Positions 11,218-23,900 of a stretch of DNA of 64,000 bases are shown in pieces; position 1 is the first letter of the stretch, and each line of letters begins with the position of its first letter. Origin of the DNA: Takakia lepidozioides (Eukaryota; Plantae; Bryophyta). The notes under the pieces are model-generated. The model saw only the letters and a list, made by a program, of their open reading frames with translations. It had not been told where the DNA came from and ran no database searches. The position numbers and the translations under genes were made by a program. The DNA lies in assembly GCA_030704615.1 (NCBI GenBank), contig CM060734.1:13020001-13084000 (forward strand). The letters are read 5' to 3'.

Positions 11218-14200
11218 ATCCGCCCCTAGCAAGGTAATGTCTGCTGGCAAGGCCTTTTGGTACCCTTGAATTGCTGAGAGAGGCAACAACTCAGGATACT
11301 GATGTGTGAGCAAGGCAACACTCCTGCAAGCCCAGTGCTCATGCCTCCAAACATGTCTAGCAAACAAATCCCTGAGTCAGGTGGTTGCCAGATAATGGGC
11401 ACTGTGTCCAAAGAAGCTAACTGAGGAGGTCTAGGTGATGTCACTGAACTCCCCTCACTCACCAATGGAGGAAGGATTGCTTGCACCAATGGCAGTTTCT
11501 ACCGTTTGGGTTGAAGAATGCCCTGCAAAGTTTCAGAAGGTCATGCAGGATAGGATTCTTGCGGGGCTAGACTTTGCCCGGTGCTACATTGATGACATCA
11601 TCATCTTTAGTGCTACGATTGAGGAGCACGAGAGACGCCTTCAGATGGTGTTTGAGCGTTTGAGAGCGCATGGGATGAAATTGCACCCTGGGAAGTGCAA
11701 GTTCTTCCACAACCATATTGAGTATCTGGGCCACATGATATACCCTGGAGGATTGGGTGTTCAAAAGACAAAGGTGGAGGCCATTGCACGCATTCCAAGC
11801 CCCATCGATGTTAGCAGAGTTCGTGCTTTCATGGGGTTGGCAAACTACTATCGACGGTTTGTCAAGGGATTTAGCAGCATTGCAAAGGCTCTTACCAAGT
11901 TGACCAAGGTGGGTCAGGAGTGGCAGTGGGAGCAGGAGTAGGAGCAAGAGCAGGAGGAAGCCTTTGAGGAACTCAAGGCTCAATTGACTCCTGCGCTTAT
12001 TCTGAGGCGGCCTATTCGGGGGCGGTCTTTCCAGCTACATACGGATTGGAGTATGTTGGGGATTGGAGTAGTGCTCACACAAGTGGATGATGAGGGAAGA
12101 GAGTTTGTCGTGGCATATGCTAGCCGCTCAAACAATGATGCCGAGGCAAAGTATAGTTCCTATGAAGGGGAGTGTCTGGCTGCAGTATGGGCAGTGGCAC
12201 ATTTTAGATGCTACCTCTATGGCAATCTCTTCACTCTTGTCACAGATCACCAACCATTGAAGTGGTTGATGGAGTCAAACAAGCTTACAGGGAAGCTTGC
12301 ACGGTGGGCACTTGTGCTTCCACTAACTGTTGCACATTTGTGTGCATGCCCCACCACGAATACTGTCCTTGCAGCAAACTATGAATGCGCCGCACCTCAT
12401 GGGCATGGCGTACCAATCGCGCTCGCTGTGTTGGATGAGGCACAATCCTCACTCGTCCATCCTCCTATACTCGGAGTAGGTGAGTCCCCTCCCACTTGAA
12501 CCTCTTGGCTCGTTGTAGGATCCGATCTCTCTCCTTAGTAGTCACACTGGCTGCTGTCTCTCCAGTACGAAGGTAGGCCAACACTGCTGCATCTTCATGT
12601 ACATCCTTAGCACCACCAAGCTCCTCGCTGATCTCTGGATCGTCATGCACGCTATCTCTATGACCAATCACATGGGATGGACCAGCTTGAGCTCCCATTG
12701 CTAGAATGCATCAAAAGGCAGATGCGTGCCATCTTGGCACCATCTCCTTGTCTGTCTCACCATGCCAACGAGCTCCTATATCATCAAGCTCACTTGTGCA
12801 TGGATTGCGACTCAATCCATCTGCATCTCGGTTGACTATTGCGGCTCGATGCACCACCTGGAACTCCACAATTGCATCATTTACCCATTATGGGTTTGGG
12901 CTATCATTGGAGTCTTGACTTCGCAGGTCCATTGCCACTGACGATTCGCCATAACAAGTATGTGCTGGTGATGGTGGAACGTTTCTCCAAATGGATTGAA
13001 CTGGTGGCATTGCCTAACAAGGCAAGTGAGGGGGCTGCGTATGCATTCTTAGATCGAGTGCTTAGCCAATTTGGTGCTCTAGCCGAGGTACTCACGGACC
13101 AGGGGAGAGAGTTCTTGGGGGAGTTTCCGGCTTTGTGTGAGCAAGCCTTGATAGATCACCGCACTACTTTTCGGGATCATCCCGAGGCTGATGGCTTGGC
13201 CGAGAGGGTCGTGCAAACAGTCAAACGAGGCTTGCGCAAGTATGGCTTGCAGAAGGGACACTTGGGAGATTGGGACCTTCAGCTACCTTGGTTGGCCATG
13301 GGCTACAGGTTTAGCAAGCAAGCATCACTTTCTTCGTTCTTGCCTTATTTCCTTCTCTTTGGCCGAGAGCCAGATTTGTCTGCATCTATTTGCAGGGAGA
13401 CTGCAGTAGTCATCAATCTTGATAATCCGGATGTGGACACAAGCATGTGCCCAACGGGCAAAGTTGTTCAAGAGAGTCATGCCTATGGCTTTTGAGAACC
13501 TTGCTATCGCCCACCGAGACACATTGAGATACGTCACTATACGTGGAGGAGGATATCGGCCAGGTATTCGGCGTTTCCATCCTGGGGACTATGTGTATCT
13601 GCAACAGACAGCGCCTACGACCTTGGATGTCATAGCAGGTCATGTGATTCTAAGGGTCCGAGAGGTGTTGCCTTCAGGAGTGTTGATTCTGGAGGGTCAA
13701 GATGGCATGGTATGGAAGGACCATGTGCGCAATTGTGCGCCATGTCACCTTCCACATGTGGATGGGAGGATAGATCCCAACCTTGCAGTGGTAACTGCAG
13801 GGTTGCATTGCATGCTATGTGGGCATGCTGGTGGTGCCGCGACCATGTTGGTGTATGACAAATGCTCAAGGGGGTGGCACATGGGATGCTTGACGCCGCC
13901 ACTTGAGGAGGTTCCTAGTGGAGAATGGTTGTGTCCACGATGCCTTGGATAGAGGTAGTGGGGCATGATAATGGTGAGGTTGACAAGTGATCCAAGGTCT
14001 TGCTAACGGGAGTTCAATGCCATGGACACCCAATTGAAGCCATGGATTGCAGGAAGGCGAGTAACAATGGGGCTACTTCTGCACCCGGCCTCTTGATCTA
14101 TTGCCTTCAGATATTGGGACTTGGGCGATTGATGACCATGCGATGATCTTATTGGGATGGATATTTGTCAGCTATCCGGTGTTAGAGGGACCTAATCACC

Positions 14201-14753
14201 AACTAGGGGGGCAATTGTGGTATAGCTTTCTAGGATTGTATGCTTAGATTGTGTGGTGGACAACGATGTATGTTGTGGCACGATGCTTAGGTGCACGACA
14301 GCTGTCATGGTTTTAGTCATGGTTATCTAGAATTACCTGCTTCTAGTTAACTAGGACATTTTGGATATTTATATTTATATTTTGTGTGTTGGGACTACAT
14401 TTGGTCTCACATGCCAAGTGAGGTGTCGAGCCTCACTTGGGACATGGGGATAGGTTTTCCCCTTGTGAGGATGGAGGAGGCTCATCTTCTTGTAGTTGAG
14501 CCTCCATGAGCCTCTCTCACCTCCATAGCTCTAGGTATTGAGAGGGAGTGTGGTGAGGGCTTTGTAGGGTGGATTCCCTTAGCAAGGGTGCCCTTGGCTT
14601 GACTTACTTTATGTGATTGAGTGGATTCATGAGTGGAGGGTTTCCATTATATTCACTTCCATTATCATTGTGGTATAGCTTTCTAGGATTGTGTGCTTAG
14701 ATTGTGTGGTGGACAACGATGTATGTTGTGGCACGATGCTTAGGTGCACGACA
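11218..14753 (+). mobile_element. DNMT/PHD Gypsy family, rearranged 5'-truncated copy
   Basis: Inverted DNMT motif I fragment (ICLLDMFGG, ~11218-11487), RT/RNaseH 11487-12322, inverted block ~12323-12863, integrase-PHD to 13952, PPT, B-A-B terminus. Confidence 0.9.
14216..14753 (+). repeat. Split terminal repeat block B1(14216-14300)-gc-A(14303-14667)-t-B2(14669-14753)
   Basis: Two 85-bp direct repeats (1 mismatch seen) flank a TGTCA...TATCA unit; preceded by PPT AGGGGGGCAAT. Confidence 0.92.
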
Positions 14754-15815
14754 AAGTACATATTGCCTACCAGGCAAGATCTCATTGATGAGATAGGGCC
14801 CATCTATCCTTCTCTTAGCCTTAGAAATTTGCTTACCAGCCTGAAGTCGCACACAAACAGATTGCCCAACTTTGAAGGATTCGGAATACACTACCTTGCG
14901 ATTGTAATGCTTGGCCTGGGAGGCTTGAGCAAAACGAATGTTAGACTTAGCAGTTTCACGCAACTGACGTCTCTTGGCATCCATGGAGAGTAAGGAGTCC
15001 TCCTAGTTTTTAAGCTCTGTAGCATAAACTTGCAGCCAGAAAATATGCAAAGGGCTACGACATTTTCTACCATATAATAACTCAAAGGGAGATATCTTGG
15101 TACTAGCATGAATGGAAGTACGATAGGCAAACAACAAAATAGGAAGGGCAATGTCCCACTCATCGATAAAGGTCCCATTTTTCTCCAGCATCCTACACAT
15201 GGTTTGGTTAAAGCACTCGGTAAAGCCATTGCATTGGGGATTGTAGGGAGCAGTCACAACATGCTTAGTATTTAAATTGAACAAAACAACCTCCATGAGT
15301 TGATTGCAGAATTTGGTACCTTGATCCGTGAGGATCTCAAGAGGGCACCCATGTTGGAGAATCACCTTATCAAAGAAGAATTGTACGACTTCATCCTTGT
15401 CCTTAGCAACCAGAGGTCGAAACTCAACCTATTTCGTCAGGTAATCCGTAGCTATAGCAATGTATGCATGGCCCTTGGACGTAGGTTTGAGGGGTCCAAC
15501 TAGATCTAAGCCAACCCTTGCAAAAGGCTCTGTGATAGGGAAAGGCAGTGGAGCTTTGGTTCTAGGCAGTATGGTTTTGGCATGATAGGGTACGCATCTT
15601 GCAATGAAAGCTGAGACATCCTTTACTAAGCCCTTCCAGTGGTATTGTTCTTGTAACCTCTTGACTGTCTTTGTAACCCCCAAATGACCAGCAAAAGTAG
15701 ATGCATGATACAGCTCAAGCAAGGCAGGAACAGCGGACCTAGGAGGGACTTCCGCAGCAGATTGGCTTTCCAAAGCATCAACTTGTGAAGATTGGAACAT
15801 GTCTTATAGCATAGG
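14754..15815 (-). pseudogene. Integrase remnant of another Ty3/Gypsy family
   Basis: H...GHLGVTKT, VGLDLVGPL, ILTDQG, GPY motifs across broken ORFs 15429-15800, 15003-15365, 14697-14984. Confidence 0.85.
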
Positions 15816-15817
15816 AG

Positions 15818-16360
15818 GTGGACACTGGAGATGAGGACGCTGGTTTCCGCCTTGAACACTGCCTGGTTGTCCCTATACCAAGACCTTCCGTGCCATTTTC
15901 ATCCACACCACGTGCACCTCCTCCAGGAGGCAATGACTGGCCAACCAGAAAAAATGGAAAGCAGGTGCGACGTATTGAAGCAGGTCCAGAGCATCAATGT
16001 AAGATGGAGTCTGCGGCAACACTTGAAGCTTGCATTACACATATCAGTGATGTTCCTCCTCCAGGCTATGGACTCGTGTATACGATGGTGACATTTGGAT
16101 CTATTCTTCAGGACAAGACGTTCGAAGTCACAGTGGACAACTTCCCCAACTGTACGTGCCCAGATTTTGTCTCAATGCTCTCAGGCTGTCTTGGAAAGAG
16201 AGGTAAATATGTGTCGTGCAAGCATGATCTGTATTTTATCTTGCTCCGAAGGATGTTCCAATTCGGGACAAGTACATCCACCAATGCACAATGGGTTACA
16301 GAGACGTGGTTATACTGTTGCAGTGGGACAACTCACCCAGTCTATGAGATTCTTGAATGA
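15818..16360 (+). pseudogene. SWIM zinc-finger ORF fragment, probably DNA-transposon derived
   Basis: FEVTVDNFPNCTCPDF...CKH pattern (CxC..CxH) typical of SWIM fingers. Confidence 0.6.
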
Positions 16361-19304
16361 CATCAATCTTGATTTGTAATCAATCCGATTTTAGGCATGA
16401 CATGCCCCACCAATGTTAGCACAGATCTGAGGTGTATCCAACCTACAATACCAACATAAACTTCTGGATGGCTTCCTGCTGGTTAATTGCAACACTTCCT
16501 TTGGCGTGCGCATACATATCGCTACACAACTACATCGCTGTCCAAAACCACAAAACACATATGCATGCCACACACTAGTATACCACTAGTCCACCACTAG
16601 TCCAGCCACTAGTCCAACCACTAGGCTACAACTAGTCAGTCACTAGGCTGCCACTATGCTGCCCACTATGGCAGTCACTTGTCCACACAATCGCCCCCCT
16701 GGCTGGTGCTTAGGTCCCTCTAAGTCCAGGTAGCCACAAGATGTGATAGTGACCATAGCCTCACTAAGTCCTCCACCACTGTCCCTACTACACTCAAACT
16801 CGATAGATCAAGAGGCCGGGTGCAAGAGTTGCCCCATCATTAGTCGCCGTCTTGCAACCTGTGAACTTGAGCCTGGGATCTCGTGTATTGACTCCTATGA
16901 GCTTGGCCTCCCATGTCTTGTTAGCTGCCTCTAGTCATGTCCACTGCCACTATCCCAAGCAGTGTGGACATAACCAATCTCCATCAGGAACCCTCTCAAG
17001 AGGTGGTGTCAAGCATCCCATATGCCAACCTCTTGAGCATCGATCACATACCAGCATGGTGGCTGCCCCTTTGGCAGACCCACAGAGCATGCACCTCAAA
17101 CCTGCAGGTACCACTGCCAAGTTTGGGTCAACTCTGCCCTCGACATTGGGAATGTGACATGGCGCATTACGCACATGGTCTTTCCAAGTCATGCCATCCC
17201 GACCCTCCAAGATCAGGACTCCTGAGGGCAACACCTCTCGAACCCTCGGAATAACACGCCCTGTAGTGACATCTAGGGTCGTAGGAGCAGTCTGCTGCAA
17301 ATAAACATAGTCACCAGGGCTAAACCTCCGAACCCCAGGACGATATCATTAACCACGTATAGTGGCATACCTCAACGTATCACGGTGTTGTGCAATGGCA
17401 AGGTTCTCAAAAGCCATGGGCATGACTTTCTTGAACAACTCTGCACGCTGATCACATGCATGTACCCACACGTCCGGATCGTCAAGGTTAAGGACTTGAG
17501 CAGTGTCCCTACGAATGGCTGCAGGCAAATCCGGCTCTCGGCCAAAGAGAAGGAAATATGGTGAGAAAGAGGCAAGTGATGCTTGTTTGCTGAACTTGTA
17601 GCCCATGACTAACCAAGGCACCTGAAGATCCCAATATCCTAGGTGTCCTTTCTGCAAGCCATACTTGCGCAGACCCCTCTTCACCGTCTGAACAACTCTC
17701 TCTGCCAAGCCATCGGCCTCAGGATGATCCCGAGAAGTGGTGCGGTGGTCTATCAAGGCTTTATCACACAAAGCCTGAAACTCCCCCAAGAACTCTCTCC
17801 CTTGGTCCGTGAGTACCTCAGCTTAAGCACCGAATCGGCTAAGCACACGATCCAAGAATGCATACGCAGCCCCCTCACTAGCCTTGTCAGGCAATGGAAC
17901 CAACTCAATCCACTTGGAGAAGTGCTCCACCATCACCAACACACATATGTGGTGGCGCATAGTCAGTGGCAACGGTCCTGCGAAGTCAAGACTCCACCTG
18001 TAGCCCAATCCCATGATTGGTAAAGGATGCAACTGTGGTGTAGGGGCGTTGAATGAAGCACGCACCCTGTCACATACCATGCACCTAGCCACGAACTGTT
18101 GCACCTTTGTATGCATACCACGCCACCAATACTGCCCCTGCAGTAAACTGTGAGTGCATCGCACTCCAAAATGCCCCAACTCCTCATGGGCATGCCGCAC
18201 TAACCATGCACGCTGTGTGAGGTGAGGCACAATCCTCACCCGACCATCCTCCCATACTCGAAGCAGGTGTATCCCCTCCCACTTGAACCTCTTGGCTCGT
18301 TGTAGGATCCGATCCCTCTCATTGGCAGTCACAGTGGCTGCCGTGTCTCCAGTACGGAGGTAGTCCAACACAGCCGAATCCTCATGAATATCTCGGGTAC
18401 CACTTGGCTCATCACTAGCCTTAGGGTCCTCAGACACTTCATCTACAGTCATCCATGTTGTAGGTCCAACCTGACCTCCCGATGCCAAGATACACAAAAA
18501 AGCAGATGCATGCCATCCCGGCACCATCTCCTTGTCCGTCTCACCATGTCACCGAGCTCTAGTGTCATCCTGCTGGCTCGTGCATGGATTTCGACTCAAT
18601 CCATCCGCATCCCGATTGACCAAACCCGGTCGATGCACAACCTGAAAGTCATACTCCTAGAGTATGAGTGCCCACCATGCAAGCTTCCCCGTAAGCTTGT
18701 CTGACTCCATCAACCACTTGAGTGGCTGGTGATCCGTGACAAGGGTGAAGAGATTGCCGTATAGATAGCACCTGAAGTGTGCCACGGCCCACACTGCAGC
18801 TAAGCACTCTCCCTCATATGAGCTGTACTTAGCCTCTGCAGCGTTGTTTGAGTGGCTAGCATAAGCCACTACGAACTCTCTTCCCTCATCATCCACCTGT
18901 GTGAGCACCGCTCCAAGCCCCAGCATGCTCCAATCCGTATGCAGCTGAAAGGGACGCCCCCTGATAGGTCGTCTCAGGATAGGCGCCGAGGTCAACCTCG
19001 CCTTGAGCTCTTGAAAAGCTCGTTCCTGCTCATTTTTCCACTGCCACTCCTGGTCCACCCTGGTCAGCTTGGTTAGAGCCTTTGCAATGGCACTAAATCC
19101 CTTGACAAACCGTCTATAATAGTTTGCCAACCCCACGAAAGCTTGAACTCGGCTCACATCCGTGGGGCGTGGAATTTGTGCAATGGCCTCTACCTTAGTC
19201 TGTTGTACCCGCAATCCTCCAGGATATATCATGTCACCTCGATACTCAATCTGGTTGTGGAAAAACTTGCACTTCCCCGGATGCAACTTCAATCCGTGCG
19301 CTCT

Positions 19305-20312
19305 TGTTAGAGGACTGTCTGGGACTTAGACACTTATACGGGATCTGTAGGGTACCCTTAATTTTTGCACAGACTGAGACCAACAGGAGCCTTAGGGGTG
19401 ACAGCAACGCACTGTAGAGGGGGGTTACACAGCCCGTCACAGCCGTCACAGTCGTGACAGCCGTCACAGTCAGCACAGCTCGTCACAGCCCGACACAGCC
19501 ATCACAGCCAACACAACCCGTCACAGCCGACACAACCACACAGCCAGTCACAGCCCGTCACAGCCGACACAGCCACAGCCCGACACAGCCAAACACAGTC
19601 GCACAGCCAATCACAGCCCGTCACAGTTTCACACAGCCAGTCACAGCTTGACACAGCTGTCACGATCATAGGGAACGGAGAGCAAGACAGGAAACGACTG
19701 TGAGGAACAACACCTGCAAATGGAACATGTTAGTTCACGGACGACGGTTAGTGAGGGAAATGGTTAGAGCCACGGGTAGGAAGATAAAGGGAGAAGCAAG
19801 GACTGAGTAGGGGGCTTTTTGGGGGATGATTCTTGGAAGCACGTGAGGAGAGAGAGAGGATCGGGCGGAGAGTAAGAACGGAAGCAAAGATGGAGAGCAC
19901 GGTGAAGGAGGAGAGATGATTAGTAGATGCTTGTTATATGCAAAACTGTAGTGATATTGTAGAGCAGATTAGAGACACAATGGCTTCGGCCTGATACCTG
20001 ATAAATCATAATCTGATACTTATACGATACAACCACACTGTGTAGAGAGATCTGAGTGAAGCTGTGGAATGAATGGATGGGTTGATGGAATCCGATAAAT
20101 TGATGAAGCAAACTGATACTTAATTATCAATGGTAAGGTAGCTAACATGAATGCCAAAAGGGAAACAAAGAGGAAACACCCCCATGATACACTAGCTGTA
20201 GGTCATGACTGATTGTTCTGCGCGGGCTGAGTACTTAGAGATTTCCAACTCTTCTATCTTGGAGTTTCCGCCTCGGATAGCGAAGGGATGGGTGAGTAAG
20301 AGCCGCGCGACA
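19305..20312 (+). repeat. 5' LTR
   Basis: TGTTAG...CGCGACA; direct repeat of 31219-32274. Confidence 0.95.
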
Positions 20313-20900
20313 TTTGGCGACCATACTGGGGAACTGAGTAATGAACAACCAGATGTGACAGGCATCTGGTGGGATCATGGTGGTTGGACCATTAAAGAAT
20401 TTGAAGCGAATCAAATTCCCTATGGAACGAAGGAAGAAAGATTGTCCAAACAATTCTTTCAAAGGTTCTTGGAATTGCCAGACGGTTGTAAAGAAAATAT
20501 TCTTAAGCGAGTGCATGATGCTGATTCGGAATGGGGTCTGGAGAAAGGAGTGATAAAGATTTATCAGGTAGCCTGTAGAGGAAGAGCACGTTGGTTACCA
20601 ATGTTGGTTTATGTGATAGCATTGCTATCCATTAAGCGAGTAGAGTTTGAAGGCTGGGAGGAAAGAAAAGTGAATGTTTATACTCATATGCATGAAGAGC
20701 TTGTACTGGTAAAGAATTGGATTCCAAAGGATATTTTGTGGATCAAACTCACACCAAGAACAGCTTTCCAGACTTGTTTGCCATATGGTTATATGGTAAC
20801 GGAGACTTCAAGTATAGCCAAGGGTGCATTGAAGCTTGAAAGAAACCCAGGCATATACGAGAGATATTACAGAAGAGAGTTTTGGTTATTGCCACATTAA
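20205..20900 (+). CDS. 231-aa extra ORF upstream of gag, unknown function
   Basis: Intact in both copies; ends 21 nt before the gag ATG at 20922. Confidence 0.65.
   Translation: MTDCSARAEYLEISNSSILEFPPRIAKGWVSKSRATFGDHTGELSNEQPDVTGIWWDHGGWTIKEFEANQIPYGTKEERLSKQFFQRFLELPDGCKENILKRVHDADSEWGLEKGVIKIYQVACRGRARWLPMLVYVIALLSIKRVEFEGWEERKVNVYTHMHEELVLVKNWIPKDILWIKLTPRTAFQTCLPYGYMVTETSSIAKGALKLERNPGIYERYYRREFWLLPH
20315..20332 (+). promoter_or_regulatory. PBS TGGCGACCATACTGGGGA
   Basis: Located 2 nt after the LTR end; identical in copy 1. Confidence 0.8.
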
Positions 20901-20921
20901 AAGAAATGAAAGACATGGGAC

Positions 20922-23900
20922 ATGAGTGATGAAAGAGAAGCTAGACGCCAGAGATATTCAGTAAAAAGAGAAAGCTATCTGAAAGCTAATTATCCATATC
21001 TTTGGGAGAGAGGAATAGACATAGGGGAATCATCTGGACCTCTCACGCCATTAAGATCAAAGAGTACATCACCCATACCAGAGGAACTAGGAGTTGAATG
21101 ACACTCCTTCTGTTTCTTTGCAAGAAAGATTAAGGGAATTGGTACAGGAAGAAGATCAATCACGAGGTGAAAGATCTGAGGTACATCCCTGGATAAAAGA
21201 TTTGACAGAAATCTTTGATAAGAGTTGGCATGGAACACCAAAAGCAGGAACTCCAGTTTCTGAAACGGAAGGTGAAGAAGGAAAAGAAGATGTGGCAGAG
21301 CCAACGGAGATTTCAGACTCTCCAACACCAGTACAGTTGAGTTACATGAGTGAAGAAGAAACCCAAGGGCAGAACTTGGAGGATGAAAACAGAGAGAAGA
21401 AATTGGAAGAGGAAGAATATGTAGAAGTAGACCCAACAGCTGAGGTTGAGACTACAACCAGGACATCCCAACCCGTTGGACCTGGATCAAGTGGAGCACT
21501 TGGATCATAGGCCAACGAAGGTGTCGGCTCAGGGGGATCAGACGGGCTGCCTGGATCTGGCTCTGGGGGGACAGGGAGTGTGGGAAGTAGTGCAATTGAA
21601 GCTGGGAATACTGTGAATATCGTGGGGCCGGAATGGAATGGAATGGAAGTTTACAATAGTTAAAGCAAAAGAAGCATGAAACTGTTGAAGAGTATATGGA
21701 AAAGATGGAATTGATGATGAAAAAGCTGGCTGCAGTACCAGCACCTGGTTTACAGAAGACTTGGTTTGTGAGTGGACTAAGACCAGAGTTGCAAAAGAAA
21801 GTGGATATGTTACCCCATAATACAGTGGAGGAGGCACTTGAAACTGCAAACAGAATTGAGAAATTGGGAATGCTCAGGAGAGAGAAAAGGGATGATGAGG
21901 ACTCTGAGGATGAGTCAGATGAAGAAGAAGAGCAAGAACTAAAAAGGAAGAGTAAGAGAAAGGAGAAGTTGAAGAGGGATAACTATGAAAAAAGATTGGA
22001 AGAAATCTTGAAGAAATATGCCACAGAGGTTGCAACACATTGGAGGAAGGGTGTATGGTGTGCAAAGTGCCAAAATGAAGGCCATACCACCACAGAATGC
22101 CACATGAAGGAGAAACACTGTACTATCTGTAAAATGGATAACCATTCTACTGAGAATTGTTACTACAACAGAAGGATAGCTGCAAGAGAACCTAGGCAAG
22201 TAAGGGTGCATCAGGTGCAGCCCCAGCCAAGAAGAAACAATGATCAGGACCACTATGGTAGGTCTGGTGGTTATAACAATGGCATGGAAGGGAGAGGTAA
22301 TTCAAGAGGAAATTACCAAGGAAATTCCAGAGGCAACTATCAGGGTAATCCAAGGGGGAATTACCAGCCCGGGAATCGGGATTATAGAAATAATCCAAGA
22401 ACAGACCAAGGGCGAGGACCCAATGGTGAAGAACTATGTTACTATTGTAATCAGCCAGGACATCGCAGGGCAGCCTGTGCATTCTGGATAAGACACCAGA
22501 ATGAGATAAGAGCTCTTGTGAATGAGGGCCCAGTGGTGGCAGCTCACATGGTTAGGCCATGTGTTGTACCAGAAGTAAGTACAATGATAGTAACAAGAAG
22601 TAAAGCCAAACTAATACCTCCAGTAGTAGAGGAAGAAGATGATAATGAAGGTGGCAATGATATGCATGAAGATGAAGAGACTTGGAGAGATGAGAAGGAA
22701 CTGCACAAAGAAGTGGCAGATACCATAAGGGAAATGCAGAAGAGTACTGATATTCCTGTGACAGATTCCTCTGATTCTGATGAAGAAGAAGAAGGGAGTG
22801 AGGATGAAAGGAAGAAAGAAGATGCAGACATGCAAAGTAATGAAGAAACTTTGGCTGAAGTAATATGCCAGACCAAAGCAGAAATTACCATTTTGGACAG
22901 CTATTAGCTGTGGCACCTTATTGTAGGCACAGGCTGTATCAAGCAATCAATCGAATTGCCCAGGAGACAGGAAACACAGACCTGAACAGCAAGGTAACCA
23001 ATTATAATGTGAAGCCGGAAGGGCGAGAAACAGTCATGGACTTTGATGATTCTATGCCAGTAATCCAATTGAGAATTGGAAGCACAGAACTAACTGATGT
23101 ACTGATAGATGGAGGTTCAGGAGTGAATATCATGACAGACCAATTAAGGAAGAAGCTTGGTCTAAGTAACATGAAACCAGCCCCATTTACAGTAACAATG
23201 GCAGATCAAAGAAGTGTACAGCCATTGGGATTGATAAGAGGAGTTAAGATACAGATACAGAAGATGATCTTTATGATCACAGTAACTGTGTTGAAGATGG
23301 ATGAAGTCATGGAGGCTTACTCCTTATTATTGGGACGTCCGTGGCTGAAACAGGCCAGGGTATTCCATGACTGGAATTCTCAGTTACTAACCGTGCATAA
23401 TGGGATACACGAGATACAAATTACCACAAAGAAATCTAGTAGATTACCTGCTACAAGAAGACCTCGAGGAGTCAGAGAGTATGACTAGAAAGGAGGACTG
23501 GATGAGGAGCAAGAAGCTACCCTATTTGCTGCACACCCAGAGTGGGAGCAGGTTGCAGAGATGCGGCTGGAAAGCCTAAGTTGTTTAAGAGGTATCTGCT
23601 GTGGTGTAGTGACAGCAACACCAACTGAAGAGGAAACCAGCATTTACCCATCACATTTCTATGAGGAAAGAGAAGGAGAAATGGAAATCCTAGAGGAACC
23701 AGCCACTGTGAGCTTACAGGATGAAGTGGTGACTGGTTGGACAATCACAGCTGATGAGCAGGTGAGGGAAGTGAATGTGGGAACTAAAGAGGAACCGAGG
23801 ATGGTGAAAGTAGGAGCTGATTTGGAGCCGGAATTCTTTGAAGAAGCTAAAAGCTTGTTCATCAAATATAGAGATGTATTTGCTTGGAGCTATGAAGATC

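Noticed and set aside
16570-16685. CRISPR-like array from CCACTAGT or CACAGCC repeats
   Set aside because: Short tandem units without unique spacers, inside retroelement termini; no cas genes; eukaryotic context.
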